Below, piece by piece: positions 1-13,389 of a stretch of 64,000 nt of DNA. The stretch lies in assembly GCA_002104905.1 (NCBI GenBank), contig MCFE01000035.1, forward strand, positions 141,624-205,623, written 5' to 3'. Source of the stretch: Basidiobolus meristosporus CBS 931.73 (taxonomy: Eukaryota > Fungi > Basidiobolomycota). The notes beneath the pieces were generated by a model, which searched no databases, was not told the DNA's origin, and saw only the letters and a program-made list of their open reading frames with translations. Both the position numbers and the translations under genes were made by a program. Positions within the stretch are counted from its first letter, which is position 1, and every line of letters starts with the position of its first letter.

Positions 1-465
1 TGGTTGCAGAAGTTCGAGGGGAATGTGACGATCCTGGTTAGTTTGGCCAAATCAATTATGAACCGTTGGGCTTCGCTAACTCCTTGAATCTAGCCCAAAT
101 CCACATTCATGGATTATATCTATATTCTTCGAGACCCTGATCACCAAAGAATGGTCAATTATATCAACCAAGGCCAACGCAATACCTGGCCAAAGCTCCA
201 TATGATTGAGAACCGTATGCGCATCGAGAGAATCATCGAGCAAGCCAGAAACCGGATCAAGTTGGAAAGGTTTCGCACCCGCGGTGTAGATCCAAATCAG
301 TACGAGGCTTTGGCTGCGGATGGCTCCCATAGTGGCAGTGAAGGTGATGGAGCAGCTGGTGAGATCCGCGAGACGGTTGAATACATGGAAGACAATCAGG
401 TCTTCAGGTGGCAGCAAGAGACCACCGAAACCCACTCCGAGACCTCTTCCGATGACAGTGATTAG
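1..465 (+). CDS. 3' end of a patatin-like triacylglycerol lipase (Tgl3/4/5, SDP1 type); gene starts before the window
   Basis: Exon 1..36 (WLQKFEGNVTIL), intron 37..93 (GTTAGT...GCTAAC...TAG) and exon 94..465. The join reads FEGNVTILPKSTFMDYIYILRDP...GQRNTWPKLHMIEN, resembling the patatin TAG-lipase C-terminal 'FEGDITI.P...G.R.TWPK' region. Confidence 0.7.
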
Positions 466-1161
466 AAACGCTCTAATTCTCATTTATCTGCTTATTCTCT
501 CATCCATTTGTACTTTTAACATATGAATAAACGAGAACATGTGACTTCTTAAATCAAAACTCCCACCCTCGTGTTTCCCTGTGGCTCTTTTGTATTCCCT
601 CCCGTAGTGCAAGTAAGGCTTAAATACAAGTGGGTTCATAAGCAAATCAGCCCAGAAAATCCGGGATGGGCAAAGCATGTTTTCAGCCCGACTGATCGAG
701 ATACGAATGCTGGCTTCATGGCAAACCCAACACATATGCGAGCCGGTTCATTCTGGTACCGGTTTGCCTCCAATGGTGGCTCGGAAGGGTGAGAAATGAA
801 ATGCATACATGCAATGTGATCAAATCTACATTCTTGAAACTCCAATTATTATCCTTCTATAAATACTCCAACTGATCGCAATTTGCCATGATTAGAACGT
901 TTGTGACACATCTCAAATCTAACCAATTTTCTATTGATTTTTTGTATGAGAACCAGGTATCAAATCAAATTCATTGGTTTGGTCAATTGTTGCCCAGAGT
1001 GCTTCCTATCAAACATAATCCTTACCTATCACTTGTTACTGTAGTGTGGACTTTGGCCACTAACCCTTCTTTTTTGCCAAGCTTGGATTATACTTACTCC
1101 CCTTTAGCCCACTTCACTCCTTGAGACAGGTGTTTATAATTGTTTACGTTAGTGTGATCAT

Positions 1162-4100
1162 ATGCCGTATACTTCAATTCCCAAACCGCCTGATTCCAGT
1201 GAGCTAGAAGATTTATCAGCTTCCACTCAATACTGGTCCTTGCGAGAAAAAGAAACACAAAGGAATCAACTGAGAAATAGTCACTACCGTGCGGGCCCTC
1301 CAATGATTCCTCCCCGTAACAATTTTCCGCAACAACTGCACGATCAAGTGATAACGCCGCGGCATGAGTACTGTGGAGTGGCTCTTCAACCATTTCAGCC
1401 TCATTCCCAATACGTAAACCACCAGGATGGATACAACTACTGGCATCAACAGAGTGACACTTATGGATATCACTCAACTCCAGACAGCAACCCGTATTTT
1501 CCCCAACCACAATACCCAGCAAGAGACACAGCTATCTATTATGGTCAGCCAGCTGAGATACCCCAGGGACGTTTCCAGGAAAACCCAGAGCCGCATTCTG
1601 GCTTCCCTTTACGGATGCCTGACCCGTCAGATTACATATCCCGCAACACCCTGGTACATTTCCCATCCGAAATGAATCCATGTTACCCGACAAGCTATGA
1701 ACATTCCGATTTTATGACAATCCCAGATCCTAGAGGTATCTTTCCTTTTTGATGTTTGACTCCAGCGTGGTTTCTTACCATCCTCCCAGATTACCAGATG
1801 TCGCTGGCTGATATCAACCCATACGACCCAACCCTATTGCCCATTGCACATGAAGGCTTGCTAAAAACCCTTCAGAGCAAACGCGACATCAGCCAATCCA
1901 ACGAATATCTCAATTGCTTCAGTGGCCACGAGATAGTGGTAAGTCTATTATGTCCAGCAAACAAGTTCTTGTAACCATTCCAACCAATTCTTGCCATTAG
2001 AGTGCAATTTGTGATGTTCTTGAAGTAGCCCAAAGAGAAACCGCTATGAAAATTGGCCGGTTACTTCAGGAAAATGAAGTCTTCCAGCACGTCAGCTCAA
2101 ATAACCGGATCTTAATGGATAATGATCAAGAGTTTTACAGGCTCTGCATCCTTGATGCTAAAGATGAGCCCAAGGCTGATTTGGTAGAAACCAGCGATTC
2201 TGGCCAACCTGTAGAAGACCAGCCAGTCCCTGAAGACAACCAGGAGCAGGTTGCATCTTCATTAGCCGAGCAAGCTGTGAATGACCAAGTACGAAACCAG
2301 AGATTCTCAAAGTGCTACAAAAAGACCTTCCTTTAACTTTCAATCCATATTACCCCAGCCGTCTGATACCCCGCTCTACACCACAACCAACGTTTCGAGA
2401 AAGCCTACTGAGCTGATTCGACAATCCGCCAACGAGGTAACTCTGCAGTGGCTATGTTCGAAGACTCTATGTATTTAATCTATCCTTGTTTAGTACGAGA
2501 GCCTATGGATAGCCTCTATCCCTGAGGGGATCATGGATACTCTGAGCGATAAAGAGAGAAGCCGACAAATCGCTATCTTCGAGATTATATATACCGAGGA
2601 GGAGTACCTCCGTGACCTGAAGCTGTATGATACGGTGGGTAACGCAACTCGCGGAATTAATGCGATTATTTATGAATTAACACTCATATTTTGTGGGATT
2701 CAATCTAGCTCTTTATCGAGCCACTGCGTGCCTCTCGAGTTTTTGGTAGCGATAAAGCCGAAAACTTCATCCAGGATGTGTTTGTCAACTACCGCGAGTT
2801 GCAACAGATTCATGAGGAAATCATAGCCATCCTAAAAGAACGCCAATCGCTGAATGCGATTATTGAGATGATTGGAGATATCATCGTTCAGTTTGTTGAA
2901 AGGTTTGAACCTTATGTTCACTTTAGCACCGGCTCCGTAAATTCCGGACGAGTTCTGAAGAATGAGCGAGCACAGTCTTCTGCCCTGGATGGCTTTCTGG
3001 AGGTCAGACTATCACCAGCCATCGGTCGAATAGCCAGATGTTGACCCACATGTTTATTCCAGGAATGTCAGAAGAGGCCAGAGGCCCGAAAGCTGCCTTT
3101 GGAGAGCTTCCTGTCGAGACCTAATTCAAGAATTGCTCGATATCCCTTACTCTTAGAACGAGTACTCAAGTACACACCGGAAGATAACGCAGACCGGGAA
3201 ATGCTAGCCAATGCCATCGATTCCATCAAAACATTCTTAACCCGACTCAATGAAGAAACGGGACGTGAAGAAAACAGGCTTAAACTACAGGAGATCAGAG
3301 ACAAAATTGAATTCAAGACCGATGACTGCATGGCAAGGAATACCTTGATCTTCCCTTGATCCATCCCCAGCTATTAACAACCATAATAGGACCTGAAGCT
3401 GGATGACAAGGATCGCCAATACATACGGGACGGTTTACTGAAGCGTTCTATAGGACAAAGCCTGAGGTTGATTCTGTTTGATCACATGCTCTTGCTGGCC
3501 AAAGACAAAAAAGCGTTCACCAATAGTAACATTACATATCGAGCTTACGTTAAGGTAGGGCCATCGACAATATGCTTACTAGAAACACCGACTGACCCTG
3601 ATTCTAGCCCATTCCGCTGGAGCTTCTGACTATCCAAATACACTCGGATAACTCGGACGCTGCAGGCGAGGAGTCCACCAAGAATTCGTACTGTTTTACC
3701 ATTACGGATTTGAGCAAGTGCGGAGGGTCCTACACTTTGATAGCTAGCTCGTTTGCAGAACGCAAACAGTGGGTGGATAAGATCCAGGAGCAAAAAGCCA
3801 AGCGCATGTACAAACAGCCTCGAATCTTTGAGATTGCTCGCGTTTCAGACCACGGGTTCGTCCTGGAAAAAACCGCGCTGTGCTCTTGCGTGTATTGTAA
3901 GCAGAATTACACCAGCCCGCAATGAGAAAACTTCACTAAATATATCATTAATAGCTACTCGTGAGGGCAGAAGAAAGATTGCTATTGGAACCATGGATGG
4001 TCTTTTCTCTGGATTCGAAGGGGATCCTGCTAGCTTCAGGAAAGTTCTCGACCATCCGCGAATCCACCAGGTAGAAGTCCTTGAGGAAATCAGAATGGTG

Positions 4101-5182
4101 GTTGTTCTCCAAGGTTTGATTATCACACACTTTCCTTACGTCCGACCACTATTACTAACCTCCACTCCCTACAGACAAGCTACTGTTGACTTATTCAATT
4201 GACATACTTGATAGTCCTGAGTCGTGGGCTAATCGTCAAAGTCAAAAACTGGCTTCACAAGTGAGCTACTTTGGTACTGGTCGCTGCGACGGCAAACTGC
4301 TGGTTGTGCTCATGAAGTTGAAAGGAATGAAATCATTCTTCAAAGTGCTAGAGCCAGTCTCGCTGCGAGAGAACCCAAAGATCAAAGGAAAGCTATTATG
4401 TCAACGTAATGGATTCGCACTCAGACTGTTCAAGGAATTTTATATCGGAGCTGAATCTTTCTCGGTTCAATTTCTGACCAAGAAACTATACGTGGTGTGT
4501 CCCAAAGGGTTTGAAATCATCAACTTGGAAGCACTGCACCTAAACAAGAGTAAGGCTCTTCACCCTTCGTGACTATATTTGAATACTAACCATTTGAAAA
4601 TCAGGCATCCCTGATCTCAGCGACGAGGCCCAATTCGGGTTCATCAATAGACGCGAGGAGTGTAAGCCACTGGCAATGTTTCCGCTTGACACCGAAGAAT
4701 TCCTTTTATGTTATAATGGTGAGACGAAGCCCTTTTGAGTATCATTCGTGGTAAACCTGCTAACAAGGATAGAATTTGCTATCCATTTGGATAAACTTGG
4801 ACGCCGCACGCGGCCCAACCTGCTGATCGAATGGGAAGGACGACCAAATCGTGTTGGTATGTACCTCGATGTTTGCCATGATATGGTCCAAGTTCATTGA
4901 GATTTCCGTTTCACAGCGCTATATGGACAGTACATTATTGCCTTCGACCCTTTTTTCATGGAGGTCCGTCACGCCGAGTCCGGGGAGTTGATTCAAGTAA
5001 TCAATGGATGCAACCTTCACTATCTCAACCCTGGCACACACAAAGACGGTGTTTATTTGAGAATGGAATCTTTACGTAACCACGAACATTACTTGTTCCG
5101 TCTTATCATGGCCGCCGCAGCTCAAGGAGAACCGGCACTATCTGCAGATTCATCATACAAGAAAATTGGCGCTGACGCCTAA
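1162..5182 (+). CDS. ROM2: Rho1 guanine-nucleotide exchange factor, Rom1/Rom2/Rgf type (DEP-DH-PH-CNH), multi-exon
   Basis: ORF fragments joined by GT-AG introns. DEP-like NCFSGHEIV. DH domain RQIAIFEIIYTEEEYLRDL...LESFLSRPNSRIARYPLLLERVLKYT. PH region ending ERKQWVDKI. CNH segments (IAIGTMDGLF, KEFYIGAES, KGFEIINL). Stop at 5180-5182; 5' start tentative. Confidence 0.85.
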
Positions 5183-5902
5183 CGCCCCATGTTTGCCGAC
5201 GCTTATCACCATTCCCTGTACATTCCCTATTCCGCACGATATTTTCCCATCTTGAATGAATCGTGGGCTAATTAATTTGTGACCAGAGCAAAAACCCAAT
5301 TTGAGTATTAATAAATAGGCCATCGTAGGACTGTTGAAACTTTCGAAACAGTAAACAGACACGTTATCTACTCAGAGTGGTATTCATGGTTGCGGAAATT
5401 TATTTACTGGCTGTGGAACGAGGTTTTATAGGCTCAATGCAATATATGTCTGCCTTGAACTTGGAGTGTTTTAGCAAGGGACATTTACGAAACAGAGCGC
5501 TGGGGAATCAATCGAACGGGAGGGCAGTTACCAAGAGAAAATTGAGGGTAAGGAAAGGGATTTCAAGAGAAAGCTAGTCCAACAAGAGTCACAATGTTTC
5601 CGGAGACCCGAACAAGGTATTCCCAGAGCTGGCTAGAAATGCATTTCTTCAGTTGACATCGTAAAAGCGAGGAATTTCCTGAAACATTACTGAACCTCCG
5701 AAACTTCGTGTTCATTAGAGCTTGATTGCCTAAAGTTATGCAAGCGTTGAGGCACCGCCATCAGCCAATCAATCCAAGCCTGAAAAAAATATGACCCAAT
5801 TTTTTTCATCACCAGCCTGGGTCAAGCATATAGGCAAGTTGACAGTCTCGGTTTGGAATTCTCTTTCTTTCGTTCTCTGCACACGTAGACGTTGAACTCA
5901 CA

Positions 5903-6455
5903 ATGAGCCAACCTGTTCGGTGAGTATCATTTCGGCCTTTTCTTGACGGGATATATCGTATCGTAATAGATGGCCAAGACGCTGTAGCAAAAAGCCAAAT
6001 AATCGTCAGAATATCGAAAGAGTGGTAGAGTCCATCCATCTGATTTGCTAGGCTATAGGGACCATGAGCCACTCATACATATGCGATATGATTACCCCAA
6101 TGCTCGCTTAGACGAATCATGCTAACTTTTTTCCCTACTACTTGGCAGACTTTACTCTAAGGGCCGTGTCCTAGGCTTCAAGCGCGCCAAGCGTAACCAA
6201 AGAACCAACACCTCTCTTATCCAACTTGAGAACGTCGCCACCAAGGAAGATACCCAATTCTATCTTGGTAAGCGTGTTGCTTACGTCTACCGTGCTAAGC
6301 GCGAAATCAACGGCTCCAAGGTCCGTGTCATCTGGGGTCGTGTTACCCGTCCCCACGGTAACTCTGGTGTTGTCAAGGCTAAATTCCGCTCCAACTTGCC
6401 TCCTCACTCCTTCGGTGCTAGCGTCCGTGTCATGATGTACCCATCCCGTGTTTAA
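5903..6455 (+). CDS. RPL33: 60S ribosomal protein L35a / eL33 (absent from the ORF track)
   Basis: Exon 5903..5919 (MSQPVR), intron 5920..6148 (GTGAGT...GCTAAC...CAG) and exon 6149..6455: [17 protein letters not shown]...[13 protein letters not shown]...[26 protein letters not shown]...RVMMYPSRV*; 107 aa. Confidence 0.97.
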
Positions 6456-7578
6456 ATAACCTCCTATTATTCAACTTATAACATGAAGTCTTGACTTTGC
6501 TTGAATAAAACCATCAAATCTACATTACGCTCGCCCATATATACTAGGTTGGATGTTCCAACCAGCGAAAGTAGTATCTTGAGGTTGCATTACTCTAAGC
6601 GATCTTTCAACTTTCAGCGTTGTGTCAGCGAGAGGTTTACCTTGGTGGTTTTGATATTGCAAGGTCCGATCTGTGTTGGATTTATTTTGTAGAAGGCTAG
6701 TTGGCTGACGAGTGTTTCAATTGGAAATATCTAAGCCATGAGAATTTTGGGATCACAGAGGGTTTACCATGCCTGACAAGACAAGAGAGCGCACATAGAA
6801 GAGGTCACAAAGCCAAAAGGGTTTTATGCTATTTAATGATCACTTTAATATTTATTGGCAGTTTTCATTCAGTGGTGTTTCTGCAAACACTCACCTCAGA
6901 CCACTCTCACTTTATACCAAGGCAATTAGAGACAACCCCGCAGTATCTCCATATCGTATCACTGCGTGTCTGTTTATAATATCATGCCAGTATACGTGTG
7001 TACATAGTTTTGGGAGCAGAGTAGGGAGGTCAAACATGCAGGGATATTATACCAGCCAGAAAACACTAAGGATGGAATAAACCCAATCCCGGCCCGAGTC
7101 GGACCCAATCCCTCCTGTAGAAGACTCTCTTTTGGCAGTGTTACACTTGAATTCCAACCTGGCTTGGTTAAAAGGGCAAGAAGCAAGCGCTCCATCCGCT
7201 AACATTCAATTTCATGATTTGCTCCAGGTTGTGGAAGGGCCGCTCTATCAATGATGTTTGGAATAAAGCCAGTTGTGGCTATTTGAAAGAATCAGTAAAC
7301 AATAAATCATGTTACCCTAGAGATCTGTCAGATTTGCCAAGTATGAGTAATTTATGCAATATTTCTTTGGTTACTAATCAGAGTATCTTACGCAACTGGT
7401 GATGTCATCCAGGCCTTGCGTTGATACTAGTCCATGAAAATTTCCAATATGCCTCAAGCGTTCAATAGTGTTGACAAAGCCCAAGCTTTGTATCCTCCAT
7501 ACAGTACCATCTACGTCTACGAACGTTTTTGTATCCTTCGCTTCACCACACGTTTATTTCCCAAATTTAATCGATTCC

Positions 7579-9915
7579 ATGGTATCGTTTTATTAGACAT
7601 GGTGAACACTTAATTCGGTCCAACCTAAACTTCTTTTCTCCATTATAATAAGCTCCTTCGTATACGGTCGTCTGAAGGGACAAGCAGAGTGCAGGTTGAT
7701 GGCTCTGAAGACATATCGAGTGCCATTATAAAGGTAGAAATACTTGTATGGATATTTGATATTCCTTGATTGGAACCCGGTGACGAACACGGTTTCGTTG
7801 GGTCGGTCGCTTACTCTTAATTATTGCCATGATAGCTCGCCGAGATTTTGAAGCATGACCCAAGCAGCATTGCTCTATCTGTCCGACCAGATTGTACTAC
7901 CCTACTTGCCACAAGCGGGGCCACTGTGGAGCAACTTGGATTAAAGTAAGCTTCTCTCACACCAGTGATCAAGTCTCAAGTCACCTTGAACTGTTTTCTC
8001 ACCAAATAATCAATTTTCAAAAGACACGGGGATATGCTATACGCACAAATCTCCAAATCTGCCGGGGAAGAGCAACCAAAGGAAAACGAGGCCTCTAACT
8101 CCTTCAAAAATGTCAGACAAGATGAGATCGACGACTATCTGGACAAGCAGGACGGACTTATAAAAAGAGGAAGAGACCCAAACTTGTCAGTAATTGCTCT
8201 TCGCGGTCAAATATTTGCCGTGACTGAATGTAGCTAACGTGGGTTTTTATTTCTAGCTGCAAGCATACTTATAACGGGATGTGCGATTATTGCATGCCTC
8301 TTGAGGTAAGTTAGTCATGCCCTATGGGCAATCTGTGAGAAATAATAATTCTAACTAAGCGACTTCCCAGCCATTTGATGCCAAGTATTTGGATGAGAAC
8401 AAGATCAAGCACATGTCGTTTCATGCCTACCTTCGCCAGTTGAACGTGCAGAACAAAAAGAGTGGCGCGAAATCATCATATTTACCACCACTAGAAGAGC
8501 CTAATTACAAGGTCAATAGGAATTGTAAAGGCGGTCACCCACCGTGGCCGGAGAGTATTTGTACCAAATGCCAGCCCAGTGCCATTACACTTCAAAGACA
8601 GGTACCAGAATGAAATTCAATCTTGGCTCTTGAGTATTTATTCATCTTACGTTCCTAATGTTAGGCTTTCCGAATGGTCGATCATGTAGAATTTTCGTCT
8701 GCAAGTTTGATTGATAACTTCATCAATTACTGGCGCTCTACTGGTTGTCAGAGATTCGGTTACCTTTATGGCCGCTATGAACCCTATAGCGAAGTACCCC
8801 TAGGTATCAAAGCCGTGGTCGAGGCTATCTACGAACCTCCCCAGACAAACGAGCCGGATGGCTTGACACTGTTGCTTCCGTGGAGCGAAGAGAAGTCAGT
8901 TGATGAGCTGGCCTCCAGGTGTGGCCTAGTGAAGGTATATAAAGAGCCTATGTGGCCCCAGTCACAATATTGTGTCCTTCCGAGCGAATACTAACCCTGT
9001 CACCTTAAGGTAGGGATGATCTTTACGGATCTCATGGATGACGGGACAGGACAAGGAAAGGTGGTTTGCAAAAGGCACATTGACTCGTTCTTCCTTTCCT
9101 CCCTTGAAATTACGTTCGCTGCTGCCATGCAAGCAAGCCATCCCAGCCCTTCCAAATGGAGCGCTTCTGGGAAGTTCAGTAGCAAATTTGTTACATGTGT
9201 CGTGTCAGGAAATGAAACGGGTGACATCGACGTCTCTTCATACCAAGTCTCCAATTCTTGTGTGGCCATGGTGGATGCGGATATTATCGAGGCATCGATC
9301 AAGCCCTCGATCATGCGAGTCAAGGAGGCCACCTCCACCCGATACATCCCTGAGGTGTTTTACAAATACAAGAATGAATACGGTGTCACTGTGAGTCACA
9401 ATGCCAAACCCAGCTTCCCCGTGGAGTATCTGTTGGTAAACGTTACTCACGGTTTCCCGTCCCAGCCGAACCCTCTCTTCACCTCCCCGACCCACTTTCC
9501 CATTGAGAATCGGACAGGACTTGAGGTGCAAGAGATCTCTACACTTAAAAATTACCTCACTTCCAGCCAAAATGTCCACGGGCTTTCTGATTTCCATCTG
9601 ATAGCATTCATCCAACAGATGAATGTCCTTGATTCCGGTGATATTAACCTTCTTTGCGAAGCGGCCACCACTCATACTGATGATGCTGCGAGGAAACTTG
9701 AGGGTTCTCCGGGATGGCAGACATTGTTTGCCATTCTAAGAGAAGCTGGTCACTCTCAGGGTTCGGGCGGGTTTGGTGGCGACGCGGGACATGGTTCCGG
9801 TAGCGGCGGTAGCTCTTCCGCCGCACAAGCCACCTGGGCCTGTCGACACTGTACATTTGTTAACACTTCTAATCTCTCCAGCTGTGAAATGTGTGGCTTG
9901 CCCAAGGACCAATAG
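7579..9915 (+). CDS. NPL4: Npl4 adaptor of Cdc48/p97, with C-terminal RanBP2-type (NZF) zinc finger; multi-exon
   Basis: Exon from 7653 reads [13 protein letters not shown]; the ATG is on a micro-exon at 7579 or 7599. Motifs: CKH...[70 protein letters not shown]...CEMCGLPK. Confidence 0.95.
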
Positions 9916-10322
9916 ATTTCTCGGGGTCGCTTAACCTACAGTATTTACGTTTAAAACCATCAATAAATCCACCTTTTTAACTTCTGAAACGATACTTACG
10001 ATGCCTAGTGGAAGATTAGTAGCGAGAAGAGGAATTTGTGCAGAACATCATGCTGCTCAAGGGAGATTTAATCGAACCGGGGGAAATGCTAAATTTTACA
10101 AGAAACATGTTCGATGTCAGGTGGCGTACAGATAGCTGTTGTGTATGATGATGATAGTAATGAAACATGACGAAGCGGGGGGTGGGCGATGCGTAGTCTA
10201 GGTGATAGATAGAAAGTGAGATGGGTACCTTCGGGGCAGCCATTGCCGAAGTTTGAAAGGGAAAAACTGTACATATATGAGGCGTAGCAGATGAACTAAA
10301 TAAAGGTAAACTGTAGGCCAGG

Positions 10323-10826
10323 CTATAGAGCGGATCCCATGACTGTACTGAGTGCTACACGTAGCTCGTCCAGTGTGACTGGTTTGCCGACGCATGCATT
10401 CATACCCACCTCCGTATAGCGCTTACGGTGCTCTTCCAAGTCGTTGGTAGTGATAGCGATGATAGGAATCCTCCTATTGGCATCTAAAACCTGGAATCGA
10501 CTGTATGGGTTTCTGATCTCCTGGGTCGCCTCGATACCAGTAAGTACTGGCATATCGATGTCAAGAAGAATCAGGTCAAAGTTGTAGAGGGATAAATATT
10601 CAAGTGCGCAGAGTGCAGATGTAGTCGCAAATGTGTACGTCACTATGTTGGTGAAATGCTTCTCAAGCATTCGAGTAACAATGCTAAGATAAATGCGGTT
10701 ATCGTCTACCACCAGCACACGCAGTCCTCCACCAGGCTCACGGGTAACTTCGGAATTTTCTACACGCGAGTAAGTGGCATCAACAGGGGTGGATGACGGA
10801 GGAGGGGCACTGACGCACATGACCAT
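10323..10826 (-). CDS. Stand-alone response-regulator receiver (REC) domain protein
   Basis: VLVVDDN...FDLILLDIDMPVLTG...PIIAITT...CVGKP shows the acidic pocket, phospho-acceptor Asp, Thr and Lys. First ATG at 10826; no output or kinase domain in frame. Confidence 0.85.
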   Translation of the reverse strand: MVMCVSAPPPSSTPVDATYSRVENSEVTREPGGGLRVLVVDDNRIYLSIVTRMLEKHFTNIVTYTFATTSALCALEYLSLYNFDLILLDIDMPVLTGIEATQEIRNPYSRFQVLDANRRIPIIAITTNDLEEHRKRYTEVGMNACVGKPVTLDELRVALSTVMGSAL

Positions 10827-13043
10827 AATTAGAATACTGTAAAAGAACGACAGTAAAGGCAAGGTTGGTGTGAGGTTGCCCAAAAGAAAAGGTGCAAGAG
10901 ATTATTTCAAAAAGGATCCGTTTTTGTAGATATGTTTAATAGTGTAGTCCGAGGGGTGCTTAATATACGAACTTGGCAGTCCAAGAGCAGGCCAGAGTCG
11001 TACGAAAAGACGAATTAGCTGAATGGGTTTAAGGGCTATTGAGTGGATGATTATGTGAGACAAGCCAATTAAATTGGAAAGCGAGATAGATCGAAACCAC
11101 TTGAAGTGGGGGAATGTGGCCAAATCCAATCAATCCCTTGTCAGCATTAGGTGACTGAAGCCTAACCATTTTTAGTAGCATAGAGTACGATGGTTATTAA
11201 AGAAACTGAGCTGGCCAAGGATGGGTTAGGGTTAGATTCACTCTAAAACCATCTGGAAATAGAACCTTGCGCCTCGTCAGCTAAAGTCTTACATCCTCAT
11301 CCTTTGCGTGGTCGTTTTCTAGTTCCTACTTGTGCATTATACCCAATCGGCTGAAGCCCGCTGACTGACTACTTCCCCGATCAATATTTTACAATATTCA
11401 CTGTACTTATTGCTCGAGTCACCCTCTGAGATCCGACGGATTGAGGGGTCAACACCCTGGCACAATTCAGGTTAAACATTTCCCCGCTGAGATCTTACTT
11501 ACCTGTCGTCTTGCATGGTTATTGGACGGCGAATCAAACATTTAATTTGAATGGTAGCTCGATCAAGTTTCACCAATGAATAGCCCAGCATGGTTAGAAT
11601 GGGGTTAATTTTAAGATTGAGGTCTACTTCTTGTGCACTAGCCACTTGCTCAGGGAATTCAAGACTCGACCATGTGATGCACCCAAGGTCAACAAAGTTT
11701 TCATCTTGTTAATGGAGCCCATCAAGCGTGTAATCTTGGCAATTCATGTTATGTGTGTATGAGCAATACATCCATAACATAATTTCAATGGTGATCTAAT
11801 TTCACCTGAAAAATTCCAAGCCATTCTAGGCGTCTCATCAATGTCATTTACCAGCAAATCTATTGGCCCGGGGTCTGAAGCATGAATTGCTGTTGTCTGT
11901 CCCAAGTACGCTCCACCAAGTTCCTAGGGATTGGTCGAAATTTTTGTATGAATTGGATGATAGATGCCGAGCATCCAGTACCTAGATAGTTAGGTTTACA
12001 GGGTTCCACACAATATCCCACCTTATGTATGGGCTCCAATGGACCTAAACCATTGACTGTGTTACAGTGTAAGTTCAAAGTAGTCTATGCTTCCAATCTG
12101 AAGATGGTCCTTCTCCACTCCGTCGACCCGAATATTCCACAGATATGAAAGCATCATAGTACCTGCCGACGTGTGCATGGTTGTGATGTTCACATTCATC
12201 CTTGCTTATTCGTCAACATTACCATCCTAATTCTCTGTCTGCTGGCTGACACATCATCGACCCATTATTGTGCGGGCGCGGTTCGCTCGAACTTTCATTT
12301 CCACAAATCCATTAGTATCACCTACAATCGGAGCATCACCAGTACATCTAGGCTTTGAGATATATTGGGTGCTAGACTAGGCGGCAGTGTGTGTACTGGG
12401 GCGTTTCCCAATCGGGTGGGTGCAGTCGGAACCCAGCAAAGCTTAAGCCTTCATCCGATGCGACCAAGGCTTCAGGAATGACCTGGGTAACTGGTACACA
12501 AAGTTCCCCACCAAGCCCCGAGGGCTTCAGAGCCATTGCGGCCCATTTAATTTTGAGACCAGAAAACGAGGGTGAGAAATAATAGCATTTCATCTTCGGA
12601 AATTTGGTGATCCATCAATTCCAGGCAATGGTTATCGGCTATGCTGGGCTCTACCGGACTCGATAGTCAACCCGAGAGATCGAAGCTGATTGCCATGTCG
12701 TGCTCAATTTCCGTCATCAAAGTGGGTAAACTCTCCATACAAGTTGTCCTGACAATAGGTCATGATGGACTGACAACTTTCTAGTACTTGATGAGCCCCA
12801 ATAGGCTTTTATCTGAAACAAGTTGAGGCTATGGTGAGAGGAATAGGATCAGTTGGATTTCCAAGGTTCATTAGGAACAGCCAAAATGAGTAGATCATTT
12901 ATAAGACGCTACCCTCTGTTGGCTACGAGTGGCCTCGGAGTCTTGGGAAGTACGGAAGCTGGTGGTTTCAAGTATGGTTCCACCCTCCAAAAGCAAAAGT
13001 TATGCAGTCCCCTAGGGAATAGCCAATACCAGACAGTCTAAAC

Positions 13044-13389
13044 TGTTGTAAAAATTTGTAATCGCACCTAAATATTCACCTTAGTCACTTAGATCATTAC
13101 CTACAAATCTTAGAGAATTCTGACCAAATTCCTTGTCGGGATTTACTTTGAATATCTTTCACCAAAATATTAGGTACCCAGAACATGAAATTTCTCAAAG
13201 TTGTCCAAACAGCCCCAAACTTTGCACACATGTTGTTGGGACCTTCCTAAACATATTCTACATGTTTTTTTTGCCAAGAGCATGTAAAAGTATAAATATT
13301 ACTTTTACATTCAATAAATCATTAAGTGAAAACCACACAATCTACTTTTTCTCCCAATCACTTCCAATATCTTCAAAACTCTTGCAACA
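13044..13389 (+). mobile_element. Solo LTR (Copia-associated family) with perfect 5-bp TSD
   Basis: TGTTGTAA...TTGCAACA termini, flanked on both sides by TAAAC (13039-13043 and 13390-13394). Internal TATAAATA and AATAAA. Colinear with 53843..54192. Confidence 0.92.

Noticed and set aside
11280-12800. Protein-like open stretches on the minus strand, possibly a decayed retroelement gag
   Set aside because: No recognisable gag, RT, integrase or other motif; cannot be supported without a search.
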